Shown one piece after another: positions 32,819-44,372 of a DNA stretch of 64,000 nucleotides. Source of the stretch: Spironucleus salmonicida. Lineage: Eukaryota. Numbering within the stretch: position 1 is the first letter of the stretch; every line of letters begins with the position of its first letter. The notes beneath the pieces are model-generated. The model was not told the DNA's origin. It saw nothing but the letters and a program-made list of their open reading frames with translations, and searched no databases. The stretch spans positions 206,651 to 270,650 of the forward strand of contig NC_090604.1 in the NCBI RefSeq assembly GCF_000497125.1. The letters are read 5' to 3'. The translations under genes were made by a program, and so were the position numbers.

Positions 32819-34045
32819 TCAGATCTCATTCCTCTGCACGAGGGGGAGCTCGGTGTGCATTCTCTGCTTCCTGCTGCGCACGGCGAAGGCCACGACACCG
32901 ATGACCGCGGTCAGGGCGACGACACCGCCGAGGACGGCACCGATGGTGGCGGCCTGGGAGGCTCTGTTGGCGGGCGCGACGCACTGGTGGGCCTGGAAGA
33001 GGTAGCCGGGTCTGCACGCGGCGCAGTAGCGCTCGTCGCAGGACAGGCACCCCTCGGGGCAGGCGGCGCACTGGCCGGTGGTGGTCTGGCGGAAGCCGAC
33101 CTCGCACTCGCTGCAGGAGTCGCCGCTCTGGACCTTGCAGTTGGCGATGCCGCCGGGGACGACTGGTGGAGGCGTGGTAGGGTTCACCGAGCCGCAGGAG
33201 CTGGCGTCGGCACAGACCCCGGCTGGGGTGAGGTAGAAGCCGAGCCCGCAACCGAGGCACTCGGAGGTGCTGCAGATGGCGCAGCCCTCGGCGCAGGGGA
33301 CGCAGAGCCCGTTGGTGAGGGCGTGACCGGGGTGGCACACGAGGCAGCCGTCGGCGCCCTCGATCTGGCAGGAGTTGGGCTTGGGCACGCATACGTTGTC
33401 CTGGACGGCGAGGCCTTCCTTGCACACGACGCACTTTTCTTCGTACTGGAAGTCGCAGTTGGCGACGGCGGCGAAGCAGTTGCCGCCCTGCTGGACGAAG
33501 CCTGGGATGCAAGTGGTGCAGCCGGAGGCATCGGAGGATGCGCAGAGGGAAGGGTTGGTGACGCAGGTGTTGTTCATGACGGCGAAGCCCTCGCGGCAGT
33601 TGACACACTTCTCCTCGTACTGGAAGTCGCAGTTCTTCACGCCGGCGAAGCAGTTGCCGTTGGTGTTGGAGTAGCCAGGCTTGCAGCTGATGCAGCCCTC
33701 GGGGGTGTTGGTCTCGCAGAAGGCGGGGTTGGTGACGCACTTGTTGCCGGCGTTGGCCATGCCGTCCTTGCACACGACGCACTTCTCCTCGTACTGGAAC
33801 TCGCAGTTGGCGACAGCCGCGAAGCAGTTGCCGTCCTGTTCGACGTGGCCGGGCTTGCAGGTGGCGCAGCCGTCGATGCCCTGAACGGAGCAGAGGGCGG
33901 GGTTGGTGACGCACTTGTTGTCGGCGACGGCGAAGCCCTCGCGGCAGTTGACGCAGGTGGCCTCGTACTGGAACTCGCAGTTCTTGATGTTGGGGATGCA
34001 GGTGTTGTTCTCGCGGTGGGTGTTGGTCGGGCAGGTCGCGCTCAT
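32819..34045 (-). CDS. CRMP array copy 17 (408 aa; private P>T change)
   Basis: Intact; reads NPTTPPP. Confidence 0.92.
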   Translation of the reverse strand: MSATCPTNTHRENNTCIPNIKNCEFQYEATCVNCREGFAVADNKCVTNPALCSVQGIDGCATCKPGHVEQDGNCFAAVANCEFQYEEKCVVCKDGMANAGNKCVTNPAFCETNTPEGCISCKPGYSNTNGNCFAGVKNCDFQYEEKCVNCREGFAVMNNTCVTNPSLCASSDASGCTTCIPGFVQQGGNCFAAVANCDFQYEEKCVVCKEGLAVQDNVCVPKPNSCQIEGADGCLVCHPGHALTNGLCVPCAEGCAICSTSECLGCGLGFYLTPAGVCADASSCGSVNPTTPPPVVPGGIANCKVQSGDSCSECEVGFRQTTTGQCAACPEGCLSCDERYCAACRPGYLFQAHQCVAPANRASQAATIGAVLGGVVALTAVIGVVAFAVRSRKQRMHTELPLVQRNEI

Positions 34046-34231
34046 TGGTAGTGGAGTGGGCGGGTCGGATCGGGGGTATAATACGGTATTAGGCCGATAA
34101 TCTATTTCGGGCCGAGTTAGAATAGGTGGAGCGGAGTTGGATTGCCTTGGGTATCCGCGCCATCGTGCAGAATACCCGGCCGGGTGGAAGGGCGGACCCA
34201 TCCCGAGGCGGGCGGTGCGCGAGAAAGATAA

Positions 34232-34349
34232 AATTCGGCACAGCTCTTTCCCTCGTAGTCTCCCAGCGAAGTACTCAATACTGCCAGGTCAGGCTTCACT
34301 TCACAATTTGGAACAAGATGTGGTGTTTAACTGACTGTATGACCGAATC
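34232..34349 (-). rRNA. 5S: 5S rRNA
   Basis: Identical array copy. Confidence 0.92.
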
Positions 34350-34781
34350 GAGAGTACTGGGACGGCCGGAAAGAAGGGGCGCCTCGCGCTGTTACTTTGC
34401 GACGCTTCCCGTGAGGCGCTAGCTCGAAGTGGGCCACGAGATGCTTCAGCTACCGCCCTGGGAAGCCAAGGTGAAAGTGCGTGGCTAAAGTTTGGGACGT
34501 ACCAAGCCACTACGAAGTGGGAGTGAGACAGCATACTTAGGGGAGGCGCTGTGAAGGCAGATGACGGAGAAGTGACGGCTGCCCTTTCTAGCGTTTGGTT
34601 AGCTTGGGTGCATAGCCTCTGCTGGTAGATTTTGTTATAGGTGCAGTTAGTAAAAGCTAATGCTAGGGCTAGGCAATTAATAGAATAAATACTGCCGAAA
34701 CGTATAAATAAATCATTAGCATAGCTTATCAGCCAGCTAGAGTGGAGGGACGTGAGGGCGCTATAAATCAAGTAGGGTCAC

Positions 34782-36008
34782 TCAGATCTCATTCCTCTGC
34801 ACGAGGGGGAGCTCGGTGTGCATTCTCTGCTTCCTGCTGCGCACGGCGAAGGCCACGACACCGATGACCGCGGTCAGGGCGACGACACCGCCGAGGACGG
34901 CACCGATGGTGGCGGCCTGGGAGGCTCTGTTGGCGGGCGCGACGCACTGGTGGGCCTGGAAGAGGTAGCCGGGTCTGCACGCGGCGCAGTAGCGCTCGTC
35001 GCAGGACAGGCACCCCTCGGGGCAGGCGGCGCACTGGCCGGTGGTGGTCTGGCGGAAGCCGACCTCGCACTCGCTGCAGGAGTCGCCGCTCTGGACCTTG
35101 CAGTTGGCGATGCCGCCGGGGACGACTGGTGGAGGCGTGGGAGGGTTCACCGAGCCGCAGGAGCTGGCGTCGGCACAGACCCCGGCTGGGGTGAGGTAGA
35201 AGCCGAGCCCGCAACCGAGGCACTCGGAGGTGCTGCAGATGGCGCAGCCCTCGGCGCAGGGGACGCAGAGCCCGTTGGTGAGGGCGTGACCGGGGTGGCA
35301 CACGAGGCAGCCGTCGGCGCCCTCGATCTGACAGGAGTTGGGCTTGGGCACGCATACGTTGTCCTGGACGGCGAGGCCTTCCTTGCACACGACGCACTTT
35401 TCTTCGTACTGGAAGTCGCAGTTGGCGACGGCGGCGAAGCAGTTGCCGCCCTGCTGGACGAAGCCTGGGATGCAAGTGGTGCAGCCGGAGGCATCGGAGG
35501 ATGCGCAGAGGGAAGGGTTGGTGACGCAGGTGTTGTTCATGACGGCGAAGCCCTCGCGGCAGTTGACACACTTCTCCTCGTACTGGAAGTCGCAGTTCTT
35601 CACGCCGGCGAAGCAGTTGCCGTTGGTGTTGGAGTAGCCAGGCTTGCAGCTGATGCAGCCCTCGGGGGTGTTGGTCTCGCAGAAGGCGGGGTTGGTGACG
35701 CACTTGTTGCCGGCGTTGGCCATGCCGTCCTTGCACACGACGCACTTCTCCTCGTACTGGAACTCGCAGTTGGCGACAGCCGCGAAGCAGTTGCCGTCCT
35801 GTTCGACGTGGCCGGGCTTGCAGGTGGCGCAGCCGTCGATGCCCTGAACGGAGCAGAGGGCGGGGTTGGTGACGCACTTGTTGTCGGCGACGGCGAAGCC
35901 CTCGCGGCAGTTGACGCAGGTGGCCTCGTACTGGAACTCGCAGTTCTTGATGTTGGGGATGCAGGTGTTGTTCTCGCGGTGGGTGTTGGTCGGGCAGGTC
36001 GCGCTCAT
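34782..36008 (-). CDS. CRMP array copy 18 (408 aa)
   Basis: Intact near-identical copy. Confidence 0.92.
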   Translation of the reverse strand: MSATCPTNTHRENNTCIPNIKNCEFQYEATCVNCREGFAVADNKCVTNPALCSVQGIDGCATCKPGHVEQDGNCFAAVANCEFQYEEKCVVCKDGMANAGNKCVTNPAFCETNTPEGCISCKPGYSNTNGNCFAGVKNCDFQYEEKCVNCREGFAVMNNTCVTNPSLCASSDASGCTTCIPGFVQQGGNCFAAVANCDFQYEEKCVVCKEGLAVQDNVCVPKPNSCQIEGADGCLVCHPGHALTNGLCVPCAEGCAICSTSECLGCGLGFYLTPAGVCADASSCGSVNPPTPPPVVPGGIANCKVQSGDSCSECEVGFRQTTTGQCAACPEGCLSCDERYCAACRPGYLFQAHQCVAPANRASQAATIGAVLGGVVALTAVIGVVAFAVRSRKQRMHTELPLVQRNEI

Positions 36009-36194
36009 TGGTAGTGGAGTGGGCGGGTCGGATCGGGGGTATAATACGGTATTAGGCCGATAATCTATTTCGGGCCGAGTTAGAATAGGTGGAGCGGAGT
36101 TGGATTGCCTTGGGTATCCGCGCCATCGTGCAGAATACCCGGCCGGGTGGAAGGGCGGACCCATCCCGAGGCGGGCGGTGCGCGAGAAAGATAA

Positions 36195-36312
36195 AATTCG
36201 GCACAGCTCTTTCCCTCGTAGTCTCCCAGCGAAGTACTCAATACTGCCAGGTCAGGCTTCACTTCACAATTTGGAACAAGATGTGGTGTTTAACTGACTG
36301 TATGACCGAATC
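36195..36312 (-). rRNA. 5S: 5S rRNA
   Basis: Identical array copy. Confidence 0.92.
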
Positions 36313-36744
36313 GAGAGTACTGGGACGGCCGGAAAGAAGGGGTGCCTCGCGCTGTTACTTTGCGACGCTTCCCGTGAGGCGCTAGCTCGAAGTGGGCCAC
36401 GAGATGCTTCAGCTACCGCCCTGGGAAGCCAAGGTGAAAGTGCGTGGCTAAAGGTTGGGACGTACCAAGCCACTACGAAGTGGGAGTGAGACAGCATACT
36501 TAGGGGAGGCGCTGTGAAGGCAGATGACGGAGAAGTGACGGCTGCCCTTTCTAGCGTTTGGTTAGCTTGGGTGCATAGCCTCTGCTGGTAGATTTTGTTA
36601 TAGGTGCAGTTAGTAAAAGCTAATGCTAGGGCTAGGCAATTAATAGAATAAATACTGCCGAAACGTATAAATAAATCATTAGCATAGCTTATCAGCCAGC
36701 TAGAGTGGAGGGACGTGAGGGCGCTATAAATCAAGTAGGGTCAC

Positions 36745-37971
36745 TCAGATCTCATTCCTCTGCACGAGGGGGAGCTCGGTGTGCATTCTCTGCTTCCTGC
36801 TGCGCACGGCGAACGCCACGACACCGATGACCGCGGTCAGGGCGACGACACCGCCGAGGACGGCACCGATGGTGGCGGCCTGGGAGGCTCTGTTGGCGGG
36901 CGCGACGCACTGGTGGGCCTGGAAGAGGTAGCCGGGTCTGCACGCGGCGCAGTAGCGCTCGTCGCAGGACAGGCACCCCTCGGGGCAGGCGGCGCACTGG
37001 CCGGTGGTGGTCTGGCGGAAGCCGACCTCGCACTCGTTGCAGGAGTCGCCGCTCTGGACCTTGCAGTTGGCGATGCCGCCGGGGACGACTGGTGGAGGCG
37101 TGGGAGGGTTCACCGAGCCGCAGGAGCTGGCGTCGGCACAGACCCCGGCTGGGGTGAGGTAGAAGCCGAGCCCGCAACCGAGGCACTCGGAGGTGCTGCA
37201 GATGGCGCAGCCCTCGGCGCAGGGGACGCAGAGCCCGTTGGTGAGGGCGTGACCGGGGTGGCACACGAGGCAGCCGTCGGCGCCCTCGATCTGACAGGAG
37301 TTGGGCTTGGGCACGCATACGTTGTCCTGGACGGCGAGGCCTTCCTTGCACACGACGCACTTTTCTTCGTACTGGAAGTCGCAGTTGGCGACGGCGGCGA
37401 AGCAGTTGCCGCCCTGCTGGACGAAGCCTGGGATGCAAGTGGTGCAGCCGGAGGCATCGGAGGATGCGCAGAGGGAAGGGTTGGTGACGCAGGTGTTGTT
37501 CATGACGGCGAAGCCCTCGCGGCAGTTGACACACTTCTCCTCGTACTGGAAGTCGCAGTTCTTCACGCCGGCGAAGCAGTTGCCGTTGGTGTTGGAGTAG
37601 CCAGGCTTGCAGCTGATGCAGCCCTCGGGGGTGTTGGTCTCGCAGAAGGCGGGGTTGGTGACGCACTTGTTGCCGGCGTTGGCCATGCCGTCCTTGCACA
37701 CGACGCACTTCTCCTCGTACTGGAACTCGCAGTTGGCGACAGCCGCGAAGCAGTTGCCGTCCTGTTCGACGTGGCCGGGCTTGCAGGTGGCGCAGCCGTC
37801 GATGCCCTGAACGGAGCAGAGGGCGGGGTTGGTGACGCACTTGTTGTCGGCGACGGCGAAGCCCTCGCGGCAGTTGACGCAGGTGGCCTCGTACTGGAAC
37901 TCGCAGTTCTTGATGTTGGGGATGCAGGTGTTGTTCTCGCGGTGGGTGTTGGTCGGGCAGGTCGCGCTCAT
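36745..37971 (-). CDS. CRMP array copy 19 (408 aa)
   Basis: Intact near-identical copy. Confidence 0.92.
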   Translation of the reverse strand: MSATCPTNTHRENNTCIPNIKNCEFQYEATCVNCREGFAVADNKCVTNPALCSVQGIDGCATCKPGHVEQDGNCFAAVANCEFQYEEKCVVCKDGMANAGNKCVTNPAFCETNTPEGCISCKPGYSNTNGNCFAGVKNCDFQYEEKCVNCREGFAVMNNTCVTNPSLCASSDASGCTTCIPGFVQQGGNCFAAVANCDFQYEEKCVVCKEGLAVQDNVCVPKPNSCQIEGADGCLVCHPGHALTNGLCVPCAEGCAICSTSECLGCGLGFYLTPAGVCADASSCGSVNPPTPPPVVPGGIANCKVQSGDSCNECEVGFRQTTTGQCAACPEGCLSCDERYCAACRPGYLFQAHQCVAPANRASQAATIGAVLGGVVALTAVIGVVAFAVRSRKQRMHTELPLVQRNEI

Positions 37972-38157
37972 TGGTAGTGGAGTGGGCGGGTCGGATCGGG
38001 GGTATAATACGGTATTAGGCCGATAATCTATTTCGGGCCGAGTTAGAATAGGTGGAGCGGAGTTGGATTGCCTTGGGTATCCGCGCCATCGTGCAGAATA
38101 CCCGGCCGGGTGGAAGGGCGGACCCATCCCGAGGCGGGCGGTGCGCGAGAAAGATAA

Positions 38158-38275
38158 AATTCGGCACAGCTCTTTCCCTCGTAGTCTCCCAGCGAAGTAC
38201 TCAATACTGCCAGGTCAGGCTTCACTTCACAATTTGGAACAAGATGTGGTGTTTAACTGACTGTATGACCGAATC
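38158..38275 (-). rRNA. 5S: 5S rRNA (terminal copy of the array)
   Basis: Identical array copy; array homology ends about 50 bp upstream of it. Confidence 0.92.
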
Positions 38276-39112
38276 GAGAGTACTGGGACGGCCGGAAAGA
38301 AGGGGCGCCTAACGCTGTTACTTTGCAATCGCTGCGCCGTTTCCAGCGGAAATTCGCTAGAACGAAAATCCGGATCGCAGGTTGCGCTTCGCGGATGGCC
38401 AATTTGTCAGTTTCTTGCGCAGAACGTGAAGCAGAAATGTGCTAATAATAAGGTGATATAACGATTGACTTTTTAGCTGATATAACGTTTACTGCGTTTT
38501 GGGTGATGACCGCATCGCACGCTGCTTAGCGCGAGGGTGAAAGCAGCATTATTCATAATATTCATATTAGTATATAATAATAACTATATATTTTTAGGGA
38601 GTAAATTGGGGTTGCGATTTTTATGTTATAATTGAGTTACGTATTCGTTACAGAATAGAAACAAAAATAATTATAATCATCATAATAATGAAATAACGTT
38701 AAAATAATATATTTTACGGTTTGTGTATTCGCATAAGTTTTTCAAATTTATCTTACTGTAAATATTGTAATAATATGGATATGCGCATAAGTATTTTTAA
38801 ATTTATTTGTAGAACATGAGAATTATTGGAAAATAATCATATATAATATATTGAAAATATTGTCAGTTTTTATCCATTGATATATTGTTAATATATTCAT
38901 GGTTTCATTTTAATTAAATCTTTTTCGTAATAATTAGTTGTATATATGGTTAACATGAAGGTATAAGAAAACGTATTTGCCATACTTATAATTTGAGAAT
39001 GGTATTTTTGGGTTTATTTAGTACGAGTTATATTTTTAAGTAAGAAATTAGACGATGCAAAGATAAATATTTCATATTAATAATTAAAGTATGTAAAGGA
39101 AATTATTTCAAA

Positions 39113-40402
39113 ATGGATAAATATATATGCAAAACACACCCTTGCCCATCTGGGATGTATTGTGAAGGTTCTTCAGCTTCACTGATTGGTACTATATGCA
39201 AAAACTGTCTAAGAAGTAATTGTGATATTTGTGATCCAAAATAACCATGGAATTGCTTAAGATGCAAGGAAGGTTTCTACTTTGATCTCTTGTAATGTGT
39301 CCCCTGTTCAGATAATTGTAAATATTGTTATCACGAGCCAGCTTGCAGTGTTTGCAAATCTGGTTTTTATTTGTAAAACAGATAATGTATATAGGGGGAT
39401 GTGAACTGTGCTGACTAATATGATGACAAGAACTGCAAGAGGTGTGAACCTAACTATTTCCTAGGAAAGAAGTTTACCTGTGAAGCGTGTATTAATGGCT
39501 GCAAAACTTGTTCCACTAATACTGACTGCTCATCATGTTAAGAAGGCTTCTTTATGAACGGAAATACTTGCGATGCATGCTCAGCTAACTGTCTCAATTG
39601 CTCTAGTAGCTCAGTTTGCTAAACATGCTAAAGTGGATTTTAGTTAAACGGAAATGCATGCATGGCCTGTCCAGAAAACTGCTTAACCTGTACTAATTCC
39701 AATACTTGTACTAAATGTGCATTCAATATTACATTGAAAGATGGAAAGTGTACTATATGCGACGAATAATGCATTTTTTGTTTGGGAGCCGATAGATGTT
39801 TCTTTTGCAAAGAAGGTTATTAGATAGTTGATTATAAGTGTGCCAAATTCTAGTGCAACGAGTTTAGTAAATGCCCTGAAGGTTAGTTCTGTTAAACCTA
39901 CCAAAATGTAAGTAAGTGCTATAAATAGGTGGAGAATTGTAGGTTATATAACACTTCAGGAGACTGTATTAGCTGTAACCCCAAATTTGCGTTATTTGAG
40001 CAGCGTAGGTGTGACCCTTGCGAAGAATTTTGCGAACACTGTCATTCAGGTACGTAATGCAGTAAATGTTTAAAAGGATACTATTTAGAAGGTGAAAAAT
40101 GTTAAAAATGTACGGTAGGTTGTACTAACTGTCTAAATTCTGGAAAATGTACTGAGTGCGAGGCTGATTTACACCTGATTGACCATACCTGCTAAGAATT
40201 AACATTAATGAGCACAGGCTCAATTATTGGTATAGTAGTCGCGGCGATAATACTAACTATCTGCGTAGTTGCTGGATTAACGATTTTCATTATCAAGAGG
40301 AAGAAGAAAACAGTAGTCGTAGCGAAGTAAGACCTCGTAAAGAATAACTCCAGAAGCTAGATAAATCGTTCAATGTCGTGGAATAATTCAAAAATTCAAT
40401 GA
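39113..40402 (+). CDS. Cysteine-rich membrane protein, 429 aa (TAA/TAG=Gln)
   Basis: MDKYICKTHPCPSGMYC... with many CXXC motifs, TM IIGIVVAAIILTICVVAGLTIFII and tail KRKKK...SKIQ*. The frame is open only when TAA/TAG are read through; single TGA at the end. Confidence 0.9.
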
Positions 40403-41009
40403 ACCCAATCTGAACTAATTTTTTTAATTAGTATTAACATTAATAAGGTCAACGCGCAAAAATATATATAATAGTATTGTATAATAATAACTATAAGACT
40501 CAATTTTTTCTTATCAGCACATATTAGGCCATATTAATCAAGTCGCCCAAAATCTCTGCTATCCTGAGCTCACTTTCTTTGTCACTATCTCACTACGCAT
40601 TACCACATCCCATCCCGACCACGCAAACCTCACAATCTGGACCTTCCTTACGACTTAAAATTCACACATTATCCAATTCAAGCCATATTTCCACCACGCA
40701 GTAATTCTAATTTTAACTTTAATTATTATACGTCAACTATCGATTCGAATATCGTTTAACGAGCTGTGTCTCAGCTGTAGAAAACATAAGAATTACTTAA
40801 CGACCGAATTTACTATTTTTAACACCCAAAATCGTCTTGTACAAATACCAACCTATCCACTATCTACATGCTATAACACTAACTAAACCATCCCCACCAG
40901 CGCCATATCACCACTAGCCTCAACTCAAACACTTATATCACTTCCCCAAAACCTTTTAAATTAGTCTTTCCAATTCAAATTCAATTTTCCACTCCAAGTT
41001 TTTACTAAC

Positions 41010-41984
41010 TCACCACACCGTTTTCTCGATCTTCAGCGGCTCAGCGTTGCCCAAATTGCGCTTTCCGACGCAGCGCCTGACAAGGAAAATGCCGCCTACG
41101 CAGAGGCCTCCTAGCACCAAAAAGACGGCGATAACGACCCCAGCAACGCCACCAGCGGAGAGGCTAACTGCGTGCAAGAGGATGCAGTTCTCGGCGTCGA
41201 GTTTGTAGTTTCCGAGGCAGGCCGAGCAGCGCGAAGTCTCGCACTTATAGTAGTTGGCGAGAGCTCCGCATTTGAATTCTACGGTTTGGCTTATATCACC
41301 ACAATTCGTTGGAACTTCTTATGCGCAAAATTGGCCGTCTGTTATCGCCAACTTGCAGCTATACGTGCAGATTCCGTTAAGCATTTAGTAGCCCGCTTAG
41401 CATATATTACATTTGCTTATATCAGTTGAATCGCAAGTTGAGCAATTTATAGAAATTCCGCAGTTACAGCTCTCGTTGTCGGTTTCGCTGCAGGGCTGGC
41501 AGACGCCATTTTTGAGCTAAAAGCTGTCCCTGCAATTCGAGCATTTCGTTATATCAGTTGAGCAATCTTGACAATGCTCAACTGTGCACTCCGTGCATTT
41601 TTGGACGTGTCCATGGTGAATCCGGGGTCACAGTCGACGCAGCTGCCTTTTTCGTTCGCCTTATAGCTTTTCAGGCAGCTTCCGCAGGTGCTGGGCAACG
41701 CTGGATGCATAATTCGCAGTTTTTGGAGAATCAGCATGTGCAATTTTGCGTATTTCTAGCCGCATAAGTCTGGCAGGTGTTTTTGGAGGCTAGGAAGTAG
41801 TTGTTCATGCATTTGGTGCAGCGGGTATTATCTGAATCGAATATGGTGCAGGTCGTTTATGTGCACGGCGGGTAGGTAGTTTTGTCGGTGGAAATTGTCT
41901 TACAGTAGCCGTCCGTGCCGTTGTTGTATTAACTGGCGAAGTAGTAAGCAGCCGTTGTAAACCACGAAATATCACATAAGTCAT
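41010..41984 (-). pseudogene. CRMP pseudogene
   Basis: CXXC-rich; intact TM/tail (GGVAGVVIAVFLVLGGLCVGGIFLVRRC...KTVW*). Frameshifts near 41600 and 41705 and an in-frame TGA near 41731. Confidence 0.75.
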
Positions 41985-41994
41985 TTTCAAAATT

Positions 41995-43269
41995 TCAAAA
42001 GTTAAGTCAGAAAACTAATAATACAAAAGAAATTATAAAAAAAACAAGAAATACAGTTAAAATATTTACATATAGAAAACAAAGACATATAAAAGAGAAG
42101 AAATACATGATCATCAGATACCCGTTATAGGGGGCCTAAACGCAGTATTTTAACAATAATTGATCCGATATAAGGAGAAGCTATTTTAAGTAAGATTATT
42201 ATTTTATAAACATAGAAAACATCATAAAAGATCACACAATACATTACAAAATCATCAAAGGGTACCACCACCGATCAATATAATACAAAAACCAAAAGCA
42301 CTTTTTTTACTTATAACAAATGGAGAACTTCATAAATGCAAGAGACTTAATTAAAAATAATAATTGTAAAGAATTGGTGTACATCGAAGTAGTCGTAAAT
42401 AAAATGATACCAGAGGTTAAAATAAATTTAGTAAAGGTGAGCAAATAAGATTACTGAATAACTCAAATGAGGAGATAAAAGTATTCCCTTAGGGAAATGA
42501 AAACAAATACTTCTAACACAAACCGGATGCACTTAAAAGCAATCAAGAATATTACAAGTATCTAATACCTAACAAGGAACTAACGTATAAAAATAAAACA
42601 TACTATTAACAAACATAATATCTATTAAAGGAGTATGAGTAGAATCTACTAAAAAGATTTAACTAATTGCTAGAGATTTGTATTTCTGGTTAATTATAAA
42701 ATAACTATAAAGTAACTATTTTTTTAATAAATAAAACTGGATCGATAAGCAGTAGTTAAGGATCAAGAATCAAAACCAAACTACAAAGAAGCGATATCAG
42801 TTATATAAAATAAGATACCTTAGAGGAGTACTCAAAAGAGGTTATCAAGAATACTGACTCAAGTAAGGTAAACTTTAGTTAAGCTAATTATAATAATATG
42901 CAATCGTCTTTATTAAAGTGTGAAAAGGATAGTAACAATGCTAAGTTTGGACACTATAGTTAAATATTAATGGCAAGATACATTTCCTTAGAGCTAAGAT
43001 ACATATTATTGCATGACATGGTTGAATACGTTGTAGCGTTATCAGAGTACTGTTTTAAGGGTAAGAAATAGGGCGACGTCAGACTGTACAACACGATGAT
43101 TATTTTAGATACGATTCAGTAAGAGGACTAATCAACTTTATCTAAGGTATGTAAGATTTACTTATAAGAATTACTTAATAGAATTTTGAAAAACAATAAA
43201 CGAAAAGATCTCATTAAGTTAGTTGAGAATCTATTTTAAATAGTAACAAAACGTTAACATGGTGTATGA
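41995..43269 (+). other. Long TGA-free frame (>420 codons) with no early ATG; hypothetical protein or 5'-truncated retroelement-like remnant
   Basis: Frame 1 is free of TGA from 41836 to 43267; first in-frame ATG at 42898; contains HKPD...ELTY...K..Y...VTIFLINKTG. Confidence 0.45.
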
Positions 43270-44372
43270 TGTGAATCTATTTTAAAATTAGTAATAAATT
43301 TTATTTTTTACTTCTATAATATTTTTTTTATTTTTTAAACTCAATAATAAATGAGAGATACTATTTTTTCTGTTAATGGAAGAATGATTTTATATGCTCT
43401 TCGCTGCTGTAGCTTACCCCATTGATCTATTCCTATCAGAAATCATGGTCTTTGACTTCGAGTAAGTTAAATTGTTATCTGAGATGGTTTTCTAAAAAGT
43501 TAGATATTTTGTGCTCATATTTTGAATCATAAAATTGTGGTCCTCTTTATAGATAGGTTGTTTTAATTTTTAATATACTGTAACAACCAATTGTTGATCT
43601 TGCTCGGGGTTTCTTACTGCTAGTAGATAGGCACCATTAAGTTCCAAATGAAATTATGTTTAGTGGTTTTAGAAAAACTTAGGTATTTTATAGTAGCAGC
43701 ACGAATTATAAAATATTTGATATTTTAAAAAATCTTCAAATAAACTTCATACAGTGCACAATGATTGATACTATCGAACTGCTATAAAAATTGCTAGCTG
43801 AAATTAAAATTATTTTACCTTTGATCTATAAAAGTTCACACTATAAGTTTGTCTTAATAAAGTTAATATTTATAATTTTACCTTTTTAATAATACTAAAA
43901 ATATACAGTCCGTGTTATTACTTTTTATTTAAAACTTATTTACTGAAGTTAATCAATCAACTTAAGTATTAAAAGTGATATTTGAATGAAACTGAGCATT
44001 TAATAATGTAAATTTACTCGAGAGGACATTTTATAAAATTAGGTTATTTTTACTATTATAGTTAAAAACTTCAAAACAATAAATTTATAGAATGGTAAAA
44101 ATGCATAACATGCTTTAAAACTAATTCTAATTAACTACTTATTTGTATTGTGCTTTGTTTCTAGTCATATTTATTAATCTTCAAAATAATTTTTAATCAT
44201 ATTCCACGAAATGTGCTAATATTTTGTAATTCTTTATCAAACTCAGATTTAATGAAGTAACTTAATATAATATTCAAGATAAATAGTTTGGAAATGAAGT
44301 AAATTGAACAAAAAGGATAAGATTAAATTTTAAAATACTCATACTACTATCCTGCTAACTGGAAAATGGCTA

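Larger units (their letters stand above)
1..38326 (-). repeat. Tandem array of 5S rRNA + CRMP units (1963-bp period; 2176 bp where 5S is doubled); 19 CRMP and 24 5S copies; runs off the left edge
   Basis: Near-identical ORFs recur every 1963 bp (e.g. 4699, 6662; 24967, 26930, 28893). Homology ends at about 38326. Confidence 0.98.

Noticed and set aside
1-38326. CRISPR array or transposon tandem
   Set aside because: No short repeat/unique spacer structure, cas genes, transposase or terminal repeats; eukaryotic context.
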